IMG/VR virus record: IMGVR_UViG_3300020185_004577
Location: 19,145 to 83,144 of that record
Length of the DNA: 64,000 nucleotides
Direction: 5' to 3' (one strand)
Origin: a virus
A model generated the notes under the pieces. That model did not search any database. It saw only the letters and a list, made by a program, of their open reading frames with translations, and was not told the DNA's origin. This document shows positions 18,085 through 28,400 of this stretch, in pieces; position 1 is the first letter of the stretch, and each line of letters opens with the position of its first letter. A program made the position numbers and the translations under genes.

Positions 18085-19095
18085 TTAAAACTCATCATCT
18101 CCACCATCAAAGCTGATAGTATTCTCTGTTGTATCTCCACCAACTCCAGACTTAGAATAGTCACCTACTCTTTTTTCAAAAAAGTTTGTCTTATTTTCAA
18201 GTGCTATATTTGACATAAAATCAAAAGGATTTTTAGTTCCAAAAATAGGTGTACAATTTAAATCTGACAACAATGCGTCAGCAACGTACTCTAAATATTC
18301 AGACATCAACTTTGAATTCATACCTATTAAGCTAACTGGTAAAGATTCTGTGATAAACTCTTTTTCTATTTCTAGTGCAGAGCCAATTATCTCTTTAATT
18401 CTATCCTTTGAAACTTGATTAATAACATGATTATTGTGTAAGTGTGTTGCAAAATCACAATGTAGAGCTTCATCTCTAGATATTAACTCATTAGAAAAGC
18501 TAAGCCCTGGCATCAACCCTCTGCTTTTTAGCCAAAAAATAGAACAAAAAGACCCAGAAAAGAATATTCCCTCAACAGCTGCAAACGCTATAAGCCTTTC
18601 AGCAAAACTATCTGATTCAATCCACTTTAAAGCCCACTCAGCCTTTTTCTTTACTGCTGGTATTGTGTCTAAAGCGTTAAAAAGTCTATCTTTTTCTTCT
18701 TTATTTTTTACGTAGGTATCTATAAGTAATGAATACGTTTCTGAATGTATGTTTTCCATTGAAATCTGAAATCCATAGAAAAATTTAGCTTCAGGATATT
18801 GCACTTCGCTTAAAAAGTTTTCTGCTAAATTTTCATTTACAATACCATCTGAAGCTGCGAAAAATGCTAAAACATTTTTTATGAAATATCTTTCGTTTTC
18901 ATTTAATTTTTCCCAATCTACTAAGTCTTGTTGTAAATCTATTTCTTCTGCAGTCCAAAAACTTGCCTCTGCTTTTTTGTAAAATTGCCAAATATCATCA
19001 TATTTTATAGGAAATACAACAAATCTATTAGGATTATCTTTTAGTATACTTTCTTCTAATGTACCAACTTTTCGTTCTAGCGTTTTTTCGTTCAT
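18085..19095 (-). CDS. nrdB: Ribonucleotide reductase class Ia beta subunit
   Basis: [34 protein letters not shown] and NFFEKRV motifs. Confidence 0.97.
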   Translation of the reverse strand: MNEKTLERKVGTLEESILKDNPNRFVVFPIKYDDIWQFYKKAEASFWTAEEIDLQQDLVDWEKLNENERYFIKNVLAFFAASDGIVNENLAENFLSEVQYPEAKFFYGFQISMENIHSETYSLLIDTYVKNKEEKDRLFNALDTIPAVKKKAEWALKWIESDSFAERLIAFAAVEGIFFSGSFCSIFWLKSRGLMPGLSFSNELISRDEALHCDFATHLHNNHVINQVSKDRIKEIIGSALEIEKEFITESLPVSLIGMNSKLMSEYLEYVADALLSDLNCTPIFGTKNPFDFMSNIALENKTNFFEKRVGDYSKSGVGGDTTENTISFDGGDDEF

Positions 19096-19130
19096 ATTAT
19101 TTTTTTATTTTATTTTATTTTTAAGCAACA

Positions 19131-19161
19131 CAAATATAGTAATAGTAATTTCTTTACCAAA
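19131..19161 (-). promoter_or_regulatory. Bacteroidota-type promoter upstream of nrdB
   Basis: TTTG-N19-TATATTTG. Confidence 0.72.
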
Positions 19162-19180
19162 ATAATTGCTATTTTTTCAC

Positions 19181-20581
19181 TTAAGATTTTGATATTTTTT
19201 CAATATCTAAACCTGCAATGTTTGAAAGTCCATAATTAGACTGATTAACATCTTGCAAAACTCTTATATCTAAATTAGAAGTGTCAAAATGTAAATCAAT
19301 TGTAAATCCATCTTCTCCATTTCTGTTTTTCAATATCATCATCTTAGCTTTGTTTACAGCCTTATCTTCTTCAGTCCTACCTATACCCAATATTAAATCA
19401 GCAGTTTGAGCTTTACCAAGACTTTCACTAATAACTCTAAGGTCAAATTTTGGAGAGTTTATAGCTTCTCTATTTGCTTGAGTTGCAGTCCATATGGGAA
19501 CATTCAACTCCATAGCCATAGCTCTCAACGTTTCATAAATGCTAGTTAAATTATATCTTCTCTCAGAATATTCTGATGTTGATTTCATTATATCCGCATA
19601 ATCCACAAAAATGACATCTGGTTTAATTCCGTGGTCTCTTTCTAATGATTGTAAGTGAGCTCTTAAGGTGTTAACAGAAGCTGTGCCAGTTGGAAACTCT
19701 TTTATAAAAAGTTGTCCCCCTTTATTTTTTATGTACTGTGATGTCTCTCTAATTTTATCCACATATTCAGTAACATATTTTAAAGGTATATTATTAAGTG
19801 CAGAATCAAATCTGTGACCTATTTTCTCCTCTTTCATTTCTAGGCTATAATAAATGGCTTTTTTACCATCCAACATTGCGTTACTGGCCAACTTTACTAG
19901 CCCCATAGATTTACCCCCTCCAGTAGGAGCTAATATAATAGCCAACTCTCCACCTGCAAGACCCCCACCTATAATATTATCTAACCCTTCCATGGCAGTT
20001 ATCGGCTCTCTACTTTCTATGACTAACCTTTTTTCTACATCATCTAAATAATTGTGACCACTACTTTTTGGCTCACCTAACTTTAGGCTATCACCTATAA
20101 TAACAGATATATTATCATAATCTTCCACCTCCCAAGCTTTTGCAGCTTTTAAGAGTCCTTTTTTTAAACCTTGTCTTTTACAAAATTCTAAAGAAACTTC
20201 TTTAACAAATTTTTGGTCGTTATGCTTATATTTTGAAACAATGTCTATTAACTCTATTAATTGCTCCTGTTGTATTCCAACCTCTTTATACTTAATTAAA
20301 CTAATTAAAGTCTCATAGTTTGGAATGAAATTATATTTTGCTATATATTTGGATATATGCTGAAACAATATCTTATGTTGTATATTGTCAAAGTGCTTAG
20401 CATACAAAATGTCTAATATTTGTTGAGAAAATTCTTCATCTTCAATAAAACACTTTATTAGCTTAGTTTGAAAAGAAGACTCTTTCATAGCCTCTTTTCT
20501 ACCCGAATAGTCATCTACATTGTCAAAAGCATCAACTATTTCATTAGCATTTATTTCTTTCGTGTTTAAATTTTCTTTCAT
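19181..20581 (-). CDS. Replicative DNA helicase, DnaB/T4 gp41-like
   Basis: APTGGGKS, YSLEM, IKEFP, VDYADIM, WTATQANR and KNRNG motifs. Confidence 0.93.
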   Translation of the reverse strand: MKENLNTKEINANEIVDAFDNVDDYSGRKEAMKESSFQTKLIKCFIEDEEFSQQILDILYAKHFDNIQHKILFQHISKYIAKYNFIPNYETLISLIKYKEVGIQQEQLIELIDIVSKYKHNDQKFVKEVSLEFCKRQGLKKGLLKAAKAWEVEDYDNISVIIGDSLKLGEPKSSGHNYLDDVEKRLVIESREPITAMEGLDNIIGGGLAGGELAIILAPTGGGKSMGLVKLASNAMLDGKKAIYYSLEMKEEKIGHRFDSALNNIPLKYVTEYVDKIRETSQYIKNKGGQLFIKEFPTGTASVNTLRAHLQSLERDHGIKPDVIFVDYADIMKSTSEYSERRYNLTSIYETLRAMAMELNVPIWTATQANREAINSPKFDLRVISESLGKAQTADLILGIGRTEEDKAVNKAKMMILKNRNGEDGFTIDLHFDTSNLDIRVLQDVNQSNYGLSNIAGLDIEKISKS

Positions 20582-20700
20582 TAGATATTTGTTGAAGTGT
20601 TAATAAATAAGTTTTTTTTTAAATCTTGTTTTTAATTTGTTTATATTTTTTTTCACCATAAAGGCTGCAAAGTCTGAAAAGGACTTTTATGGTTTATAAG

Positions 20701-21741
20701 TTACTTTTTTGCCCTGTCAATTATCTTAGAAGAATATTCTTTTTCTTTAGAAATTAATCTATGAAAAGGTCTAAAAAATAAAGATAAATCATTTTTAAAA
20801 ATATGCATATTAAATCCATCCTTTACAAATAAATTCATAGCATTATTGATACCCCTTTCCTGCTCTACTGTTGGCATTATAATTATGCACTCAAGTATTT
20901 CGTTTACATCATCTATTGCCTTTTGATTAACCATAGGGCTCTTCAGGTTCATCAATTCTCTATTTAACTCAATCACCTGTCTTCCATTAATGATTTGCTC
21001 ATATATCTTTAAAGGCTTTTCCTCATACTTTTCTTCAGCCTCTTTTATAAGTTCATCTAAAGTATATCTTTCTTCAAAAAACCTGGGGAAATATGATTTC
21101 ATTTTTTTCATACCTACACCTTTTAATCCCGAAATACAGTCTGAAGTATCTCCTTCTATGCACTTAGCAAAAAGTGCATTTTTATGAGTGTAACCAAAAA
21201 TATCTTTAAAATTTTGTACAGTTATAAGTTTACCGTCAGAAGGTCTTATTACAGAAACATTCTCGCCAATTAGTTGATGAAAATCTTTGTCACTGCTGTA
21301 AATCAATACATTTTCATTTTTAGACTTATTTTTTACGTATAAACCCAAAAGGTCATCTGCCTCTACATATTCTACTTCTACCTGCCTAACACACAGCTCT
21401 TCAAGGTAGTTTTTTACTTTTACCTTTTGCTTTAAAGTACTATATTTATTTTTTCTCTCCTCATCTATTTCATCTTCTGTAAAGTAATACGATTCCTCAT
21501 CCCAAGACTTATTTCTATTTCCTTTATAAAGTGGGTATATCTTTTGTCTAAACACTCCAGACATAATACCATCCCAGAAAACTACAACTCTGTCTGGCAT
21601 TGTCTTGTCTACTATAGACCTTAGGCTATCTAAAAATCCATAAGACCCCCCACAATGCTCACCCTTGGAAAAGAGGTCTTGTCGTTTCATGAAATTTCTC
21701 TTAAGATTCCACTCCCCGTCTATTAAAAGAACTTTTCTCAT
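20701..21741 (-). CDS. 5'-3' exonuclease / T4 RNase H-like flap nuclease
   Basis: LLIDG, VFWDG, YKGNR, EADD, SSDKDF and GDTSDCISG motifs. Confidence 0.92.
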   Translation of the reverse strand: MRKVLLIDGEWNLKRNFMKRQDLFSKGEHCGGSYGFLDSLRSIVDKTMPDRVVVFWDGIMSGVFRQKIYPLYKGNRNKSWDEESYYFTEDEIDEERKNKYSTLKQKVKVKNYLEELCVRQVEVEYVEADDLLGLYVKNKSKNENVLIYSSDKDFHQLIGENVSVIRPSDGKLITVQNFKDIFGYTHKNALFAKCIEGDTSDCISGLKGVGMKKMKSYFPRFFEERYTLDELIKEAEEKYEEKPLKIYEQIINGRQVIELNRELMNLKSPMVNQKAIDDVNEILECIIIMPTVEQERGINNAMNLFVKDGFNMHIFKNDLSLFFRPFHRLISKEKEYSSKIIDRAKK

Positions 21742-22706
21742 TACTTGCCACTATACTTACTCCAGTCTTCATCAAATCTTAATTCCCAATCAGACCTATG
21801 CTCTTTTTTATAATTATTTAAGTCGGCAGTAGTATCTCTAACAAAACCATGAGCAGTACATAATATCTTATCCTTTACAGATATGTTAGTAATGTGATTT
21901 TTCTCTACAACAATAGCTGTTTTTATTGCAAAAGAAACATTAACACCTTCTTTAGTGGCGTAAACCTTGGTGGAATTAGAAAGTATGCCTCCCATTCTAA
22001 CAATCAAGCTAGCCGCCTTAGTAATTCCTTTTCCTCCATAAGGAGTTAAAGTGTTTGCAATAGTTCCTTCATATGCATGATTTACAATTAGCAAACTTGC
22101 ACTATAAGGAAAATCGGCACGTTTTGTTGCAGAAATTTGTTTTTCAATAACTCTATGTATTTGTTGAGTTAACACTTTTGCAGTTTTCATAATAGCCCCA
22201 TCTGCTTCTTTTTCAATTGCTTCCCTTTCTGCTTTACTAACTACATTTCCAATTGAGTCTATAATTACTAAAATGTCGGTAGGTAAATTACCTTCTCTTT
22301 GGTCTTTTAATCTATCTCTAACAAACTTTGTAATATCTTCAACCTCTTCAATAGAATCTACATAAAGCATGTCTTCTTGAGATATGCCCATCTCTAGAGC
22401 ATGACCCCAATTAAACTTCTTTTCTGTATTTATGAATATTGGTAAAATATCATTATCAATAGCGCCTTTAGCTGCCTCAAGAGCTAAAGTAGATTTTCCA
22501 GAATCAGGATGTCCATAAACCATAGTAACACCATACATAGGTATTCCTGGCAATTGTGTCGTATCTTGATAAGCTCTTCCTAAAGGAATCCACTCATCCT
22601 CTTTGTATATAACCTCTTCTATATCTAACTTTTGTCTATAATCAGTTATAGAAAATGTTTTTTTTGATTTTACTTTTGGTGTATCTTCTGCTTTTGATTT
22701 TGCCAT
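21741..22706 (-). CDS. RecA/UvsX-like recombinase
   Basis: GHPDSGKST Walker A, INTEKK, IIDSIG, IVNH and YGGKG motifs. Confidence 0.85.
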   Translation of the reverse strand: MAKSKAEDTPKVKSKKTFSITDYRQKLDIEEVIYKEDEWIPLGRAYQDTTQLPGIPMYGVTMVYGHPDSGKSTLALEAAKGAIDNDILPIFINTEKKFNWGHALEMGISQEDMLYVDSIEEVEDITKFVRDRLKDQREGNLPTDILVIIDSIGNVVSKAEREAIEKEADGAIMKTAKVLTQQIHRVIEKQISATKRADFPYSASLLIVNHAYEGTIANTLTPYGGKGITKAASLIVRMGGILSNSTKVYATKEGVNVSFAIKTAIVVEKNHITNISVKDKILCTAHGFVRDTTADLNNYKKEHRSDWELRFDEDWSKYSGK

Positions 22707-22725
22707 TTTATTATTTTTTTATTTA

Positions 22726-23496
22726 TTAATTATTCGTATTATCTGTAGAACTTGGTGCTATAGTTGACTTGTCCAATATTTTTTTAATAGCATCATAAGG
22801 AAGTTCTATAAAAACTTCATTAATAGGCTTTACTAGACTTCTAAGTGTATTTGTCTTTTCCTCATCTGGAAGTCCGTGATGGTCTACCATTAGCGGCGAC
22901 TTAACGGGTACTGGCATTAGGTTTGCAGTGTCAGAATCAATAGGAAAAGTTATATTTATATCATTACCTTGAGATACATGAGATATATCTCCATAGTATT
23001 TGTTTTTATAAAATCCTGCAATAGAATTTAGTACAGTCTTAGAGAACCCCCACCATTTTGGCCCCTCATGCTCTTTACCTCTTATTACTACTGGCAAAAA
23101 GTGTCTGGTTTTGGCCATTTTCTTCTTTTTATCATCACTGTCTGGCTGTGTACTCAAATGCTCACAAATGGGACATGGTCTACCATACATTGATGGACAA
23201 ACAACCATTTTTGATGTACCGACATTCCAGTGAAAATCAATTTTTTGATATGCCTTACCTTCTAGTGGTGGAACTATTCTCAACTCCTCTCCTTCTTCTG
23301 GTAATTTTCCTTTTTTTGGATTATAAGTAACTTCTTTTAAGTCTACTTTTACTCGATTACTTTTGTCATTAAATGAGTTTGCTTCCTCTACATCATTTAA
23401 AAACTGCTCAACATTCATGCCTTGACTTACATGTTGACTTTTTTGATTAGCTCCCCCAAATTCTTCATTTGAGGGAACAGTGTTTCCTTCGTTCAT
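22726..23496 (-). CDS. Single-stranded DNA-binding protein, T4 gp32-like
   Basis: LRIVP, FHW, CPSMYGRPCPICE, PVVIRG.E.EGPKWWGF and YGDI..GND; located in the replication block. Confidence 0.8.
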   Translation of the reverse strand: MNEGNTVPSNEEFGGANQKSQHVSQGMNVEQFLNDVEEANSFNDKSNRVKVDLKEVTYNPKKGKLPEEGEELRIVPPLEGKAYQKIDFHWNVGTSKMVVCPSMYGRPCPICEHLSTQPDSDDKKKKMAKTRHFLPVVIRGKEHEGPKWWGFSKTVLNSIAGFYKNKYYGDISHVSQGNDINITFPIDSDTANLMPVPVKSPLMVDHHGLPDEEKTNTLRSLVKPINEVFIELPYDAIKKILDKSTIAPSSTDNTNN

Positions 23497-23670
23497 TTTT
23501 CTCTTTTTAAAGTTTTAATCAGTCTAAATCGCTATCTTAAGCTTGTTGGCGACTGTGTAAATAACTCTCTATTTTTAGAGTTCAATTATAAATAGAAATA
23601 TTTTTTAATTTCTTGTACAAAGAAACATAAAAGAAGATTAAAATGCAACATATTTTAAAATAAAAATAAA

Positions 23671-23708
23671 ACACTTTTCAACAAAAATATTACAGTGTTG
23701 AAAAGTGT
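23671..23708 (-). terminator. Inverted repeat after the family A polymerase gene
   Basis: ACACTTTTCAACA/TGTTGAAAAGTGT. Confidence 0.6.
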
Positions 23709-23710
23709 AA

Positions 23711-25342
23711 CTATATACACTCCATATAATTTTTGCCCGATGAAAAATCAACATCAAAAACCATATCATTATACTTGGATAATATATTTGTTATTTCATC
23801 AATTGAACTCATATCGTCTGGGTGTATGTCCATAACAAAAGAATCATGAACTTGAAACATGAAAGAGGATTTACTATTTTTAAGCCATAATTTTAACTCT
23901 TGAATTTTATCAACAACTATTTCAGTGGCAGTCGATTGAACATAATTATTAAAAGCTGCATAAGACTTATTGGGCTTAATTAAAGTTCCAAAAGGATTTA
24001 TTATATATCCCAACTCTTTATATACACTGTTTATATATTCTGATGTTGTTAATATTGGAGATAAAAATAATTTTATATTATTTAAACACTCATCTACATC
24101 AACACTGTCTATTTGTGATATTATATTTTTAACTAATTTATCTCCTCCACCATAAAGAATGGCATGATTTACATCTTTTGCTACTTTTCTATGAGTTTTG
24201 GTAATTTCCACATCTAAAAACATTGATTTTGCAGCATTATAATGCAAATCAGAATTCATGTTTTTTAATATAAAATCTTCATCTCTAGACAAATACATAG
24301 AAAGCCTAGTTTCAAAAGACTTATAATCAAAAACTATAATAGTACCATTTTCATATCTAGATATTATTTGATTTCTTATAACACTATCTTTGGGTAGCAT
24401 TTGTGGATTAAAAGAATCAACACAATTTATCCTACCCGTTATAGTTCTTTTGTCAGAATACCTAAGCATTAAATATTTTTTGCCGTTTTCCCAAGTGCTT
24501 CTAACACCATTTGGAACCTTAAAGTTAGGCTCAAAATATATTTTATTAGTAGATAACCATGAAGTTATTTTATCTTTTACGGTCTGTCTCATGCAAGAGT
24601 TTAACTCATCTTTTGTAACCTCGTGATTATCTCTTATTATTTTCATTAAAATAGGTATATTTCTATACATGTTTCTTCCTAAAAACATTCTATTAAAATC
24701 TTTTGGCTCTATATAGTGTGAGTATTTAGACCAGAATATATTTTCTGTTGTCATAACATCTCTTATTTGGTCTATATAAACGTATTTAACAGAATTTTGA
24801 TAACTAAATAACGTACATTCAATTTTATTAATAAGTCCTGTTAATATTTTTCTAGAATCTTTACCCACATATTCTAAACTAGGTATACTTATAGTATAAG
24901 TATCTGATTCATTTTGAATATAGCACACATTTTTGTGAAAATATATAAAAGACCTTGAATTTTTATTTATATTTTTCAATAGAAAATCTCTTAACTCACC
25001 ATCTACTATAGCATCATATGAAATGGGTTTTTTGTGAAAAAATTTTTTTATAGAATACTCTAAAAAAGACTTTATATCAGACTTGTTCTTTTCTTCTTTT
25101 TCAGTTAAACTAAAAGTCCAAAACAAATTATCGCTTATTTTACTAGACAAAATAGACTGTTCTGGGTACATTTCTTTAACTTTATTCCATCCTAAAATTA
25201 AAGTTGGGACTACCGTCTCCAAATTGATATCTATATTATCTATTATATCTAAGGCAAAATCTCCATAATGAGCATTTATATAATCCAAATCATCTGATGA
25301 ATAAGGGAATATTTTACAAATCTTTATCAAATTATGAAGCAT
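23711..25342 (-). CDS. Family A DNA polymerase core with divergent N-terminus
   Basis: TITGRI, motif A VFDYKSFETRL, motif B RKVAKDVNHAILYG, NNYVQSTA and motif C QVHDS. Confidence 0.85.
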   Translation of the reverse strand: MLHNLIKICKIFPYSSDDLDYINAHYGDFALDIIDNIDINLETVVPTLILGWNKVKEMYPEQSILSSKISDNLFWTFSLTEKEEKNKSDIKSFLEYSIKKFFHKKPISYDAIVDGELRDFLLKNINKNSRSFIYFHKNVCYIQNESDTYTISIPSLEYVGKDSRKILTGLINKIECTLFSYQNSVKYVYIDQIRDVMTTENIFWSKYSHYIEPKDFNRMFLGRNMYRNIPILMKIIRDNHEVTKDELNSCMRQTVKDKITSWLSTNKIYFEPNFKVPNGVRSTWENGKKYLMLRYSDKRTITGRINCVDSFNPQMLPKDSVIRNQIISRYENGTIIVFDYKSFETRLSMYLSRDEDFILKNMNSDLHYNAAKSMFLDVEITKTHRKVAKDVNHAILYGGGDKLVKNIISQIDSVDVDECLNNIKLFLSPILTTSEYINSVYKELGYIINPFGTLIKPNKSYAAFNNYVQSTATEIVVDKIQELKLWLKNSKSSFMFQVHDSFVMDIHPDDMSSIDEITNILSKYNDMVFDVDFSSGKNYMECI

Positions 25343-25480
25343 GTGACAAATGTATAAATTATTTGTAATATAAAAAATTATAAACTTATGGTTTTATGTC
25401 TATTCTATTAAAAAAACATTTTTAATAAGTATTTTATTGACTTATGCCTCTTACTTGTTGTCAGATATATAACTACGAAT

Positions 25481-28400
25481 TTAACCTTTTTCCTTAAGTA
25501 TAGTCACTCCTTGTCCTTCAAAGTTTTTGTTAATATATTCAACAAATGCTGGAGCTCTTCCTTGAGCTCTTCTCATTCCTCCTAGTTTGTCATTAGGACT
25601 CAACTTCTTTTTTACTGCAGCAACTGTTTTGCCTGGCCCTGTGTTCAAATGATAATAAAAGAATACTGCGTTTTTTAAATCTGGGAATGTTACACCATTG
25701 TCGGGACATCCATAACCCTCCTGCCTTGTGGTATACCCAGTTTTTTTTGTTCCAAATCTTGATGTCCTTCTTCTGCCATTAAAAAAACCAACTAAAGCAG
25801 CTGTCGCTACATCTTCTTCTAACAATCTTTCAGGATACCTTATAAGGTCAACTCCTGAGTTTTTGGCAGCCTTTTCATATCCAGATTTAAACGTGATTTG
25901 ATTGTATCCTCTTCCTCTATATTTCCAACCATCACCTTTACGTGTGTTCCCATAACCATTTGTTCTTATACCTACTGGCTTTTGTGTATAAACAATATTT
26001 GCAATTTTTTCTTGATATTTGTCTGAATCAGCCTTTTTTGTTTTTGGATTAACAAAACCACCTTTTACAGGGTCGTTCTTTTTAAAATAACTCCAAACTT
26101 CTGGCAGTCTACTGGCGCTGTAAAGAAACCCTTCTGACTTTAAATCGAAACTACTTTCTTTGCTACATATAGATAATACCGATGCGATAGCAAAATTACT
26201 CGTAATACCTTCTTCTACGCATTTTTTTATAATTTTATCTATTCTTCTCTTTTTGGTGCTGCTTCTTAAGTATGATGCAACAGTTTTAGAGCCTTTATCA
26301 GTACCAGTGACTGCGTAGTCTCCACCAGTTCCGCCGCCACCACCAGCACCTCCACCATCACTAGCGGGGTCTTCTGAATTAAGCTTCTCTTGTAACTCCT
26401 TGTCTTCTGCAGCTGAACTTGTTGACGCTTTTTCTAAAGGAGCTTCTTTAGCTATTCCTGCAGCATCCTCAAAGTCTTGAAGAGTTATTGGTAGAACTCC
26501 ACCATAACTATTTCCTCCATATCTCATTTTTATTCCCGACAAATCTGTAGTCATATCGTTGGGAGTTATTTTGTGATTCACTTTAATAATTTGATATAGA
26601 CCAGTAAAAATAGTGTGATTTTCTAAAAAGAAAAACTGAAGAGGTGATATTTGGGAATTTCCAATAGTTTCAACCCCAGCCTTGTAACTTCTTCCCTCAA
26701 AAACAGAAAGTAAACTACAGTCAGTGGTTACGGTTTTATTTTTGTTATCGTTATCTACAATTGCTTGTAAATTAACTATACTTTCAGCTGTAACCTTATT
26801 TTCATCAGTGCTAACTTGTACATTTTTAATAATTTTATTTGTAGGGTCTCCAAATGCTATTGGGAAAGCTTCAACTTCAAAGGTTCTTAAATCTTTTACA
26901 GCAGACTGCTTTTTTTCCGTATCATTACCCACTAAAGTTCTACTTTCTGGTGTTGGTTGGAACATAACTTGGAAAAAGTTACCTATTCTTGGACCCATCA
27001 TTTCATGGGGTCTAAAAATGTCAGTCACTTTATCGTATCTTGCATTTCCACATATAGGGAAAAACATAAAGTTATTTTTGGTACACAATTGCTGAAACAT
27101 ATTTAATGTGGTAGTATTTGCTTTTGCCGCATAAAGTGGAGCTAAACTAATTAATGCATCTTTCACTTTAACATCACTAGCCCCAATAGCCTGAAGAGGA
27201 TAGTCATACCTAAAACCTCCACCAAGAACACTTCCATTATTCCTTTCTCTAGAAGAGGGGGTTTTAGCGGGGGGAACTTCGCTTCCATAAACTTTCTGCA
27301 TTTCTATTGCTACATTCGGAGTTAGCGTTGCTGGTTCTCCTACTTGATTTATTCTACTTCCATCACTTTTTCCTCCCAATATTTGCCACTGATGAAAAAG
27401 TGTGTGCATTTGTTTATATATCAAATCTTCATGCTCTCCAGCTTTGCCTAATATTTGTCCAAAAACTTTATCTACTTCATCTTGTATTTTTTGTATTTTA
27501 GGCAACAATCCCAAAGCTAACTTTCTCAAAAAGACTAAAGCCATCTGAGAATAATCACCCTCATCGTTGAATGCACTAATTGGATTGTTTTTATTTCGAG
27601 TAGAGCCAACTGGTGCTCTGTTTTCTTTTGCATTCAAACCTCCCGCAATTGGAGTAAATGATTGACTTGTTTCATCCCTTGATGGATATTGAGCATATGG
27701 AGCTATAATTACTGGTGTCTGTTCGACATTAATAAAGTTGCCTTGTGCTCCACCGTCTGAACTTGATTCACCATGTGTTGGTCCAAAATATTGTCGCCAA
27801 CTAAAAGTATCAGGCCTAAAATATTCGGGTACTGAGCTTCTAGTGTCTACACTACTTGCCTTTTTGTAATTATATAATGAAAAGCCAACACCGTTACCTC
27901 CATACTTTGACGAATCACCAAAACCAAAAAGAATGTCTCCTCCACCAGTGTATCCTGCCAATCTTTTGTTAAAAAAAAGAAGAAATTGATTTGTTACTTT
28001 GGCTCCATCTGGCTCTTGTTCGTCTTCTGGCACTCGTGTTGAATCTAAAGTTATTACTTTGGCCACCTCATCTTCTACAGCTTCATTATCCTTTTGTTCA
28101 TCTTCTTCTTCATCGCCTGTTGCTGTTGGCACAAGCCCCGGATTTTCTAATGCGCCACCAACTCTTGAAACATCTCCAGAATCACTAAAAACAACATATT
28201 CTGTATAATTACCTTCCTCTCGAGAGCCGAAACCTGGGGTTCCTCCATATCCAGTATGAGCAAACACAACGCCACCCATTCCTACCCACGAACCTAAGCT
28301 GGTCTTAAAATCCATACCATTACCCCAAGTAGGAGATACAGTTGTACCTTTTTTACCAAGATTTTTTTGTTTTGTAGTTTGTCCAAAAAATGCTTTTTCA

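Noticed and set aside
20655-20693. Bulged hairpin ACCATA..AAAGTC/GACTTT.TATGGT upstream of the helicase gene
   Set aside because: It could be a weak terminator or processing site; one AT-rich stem is too little to call an ncRNA.
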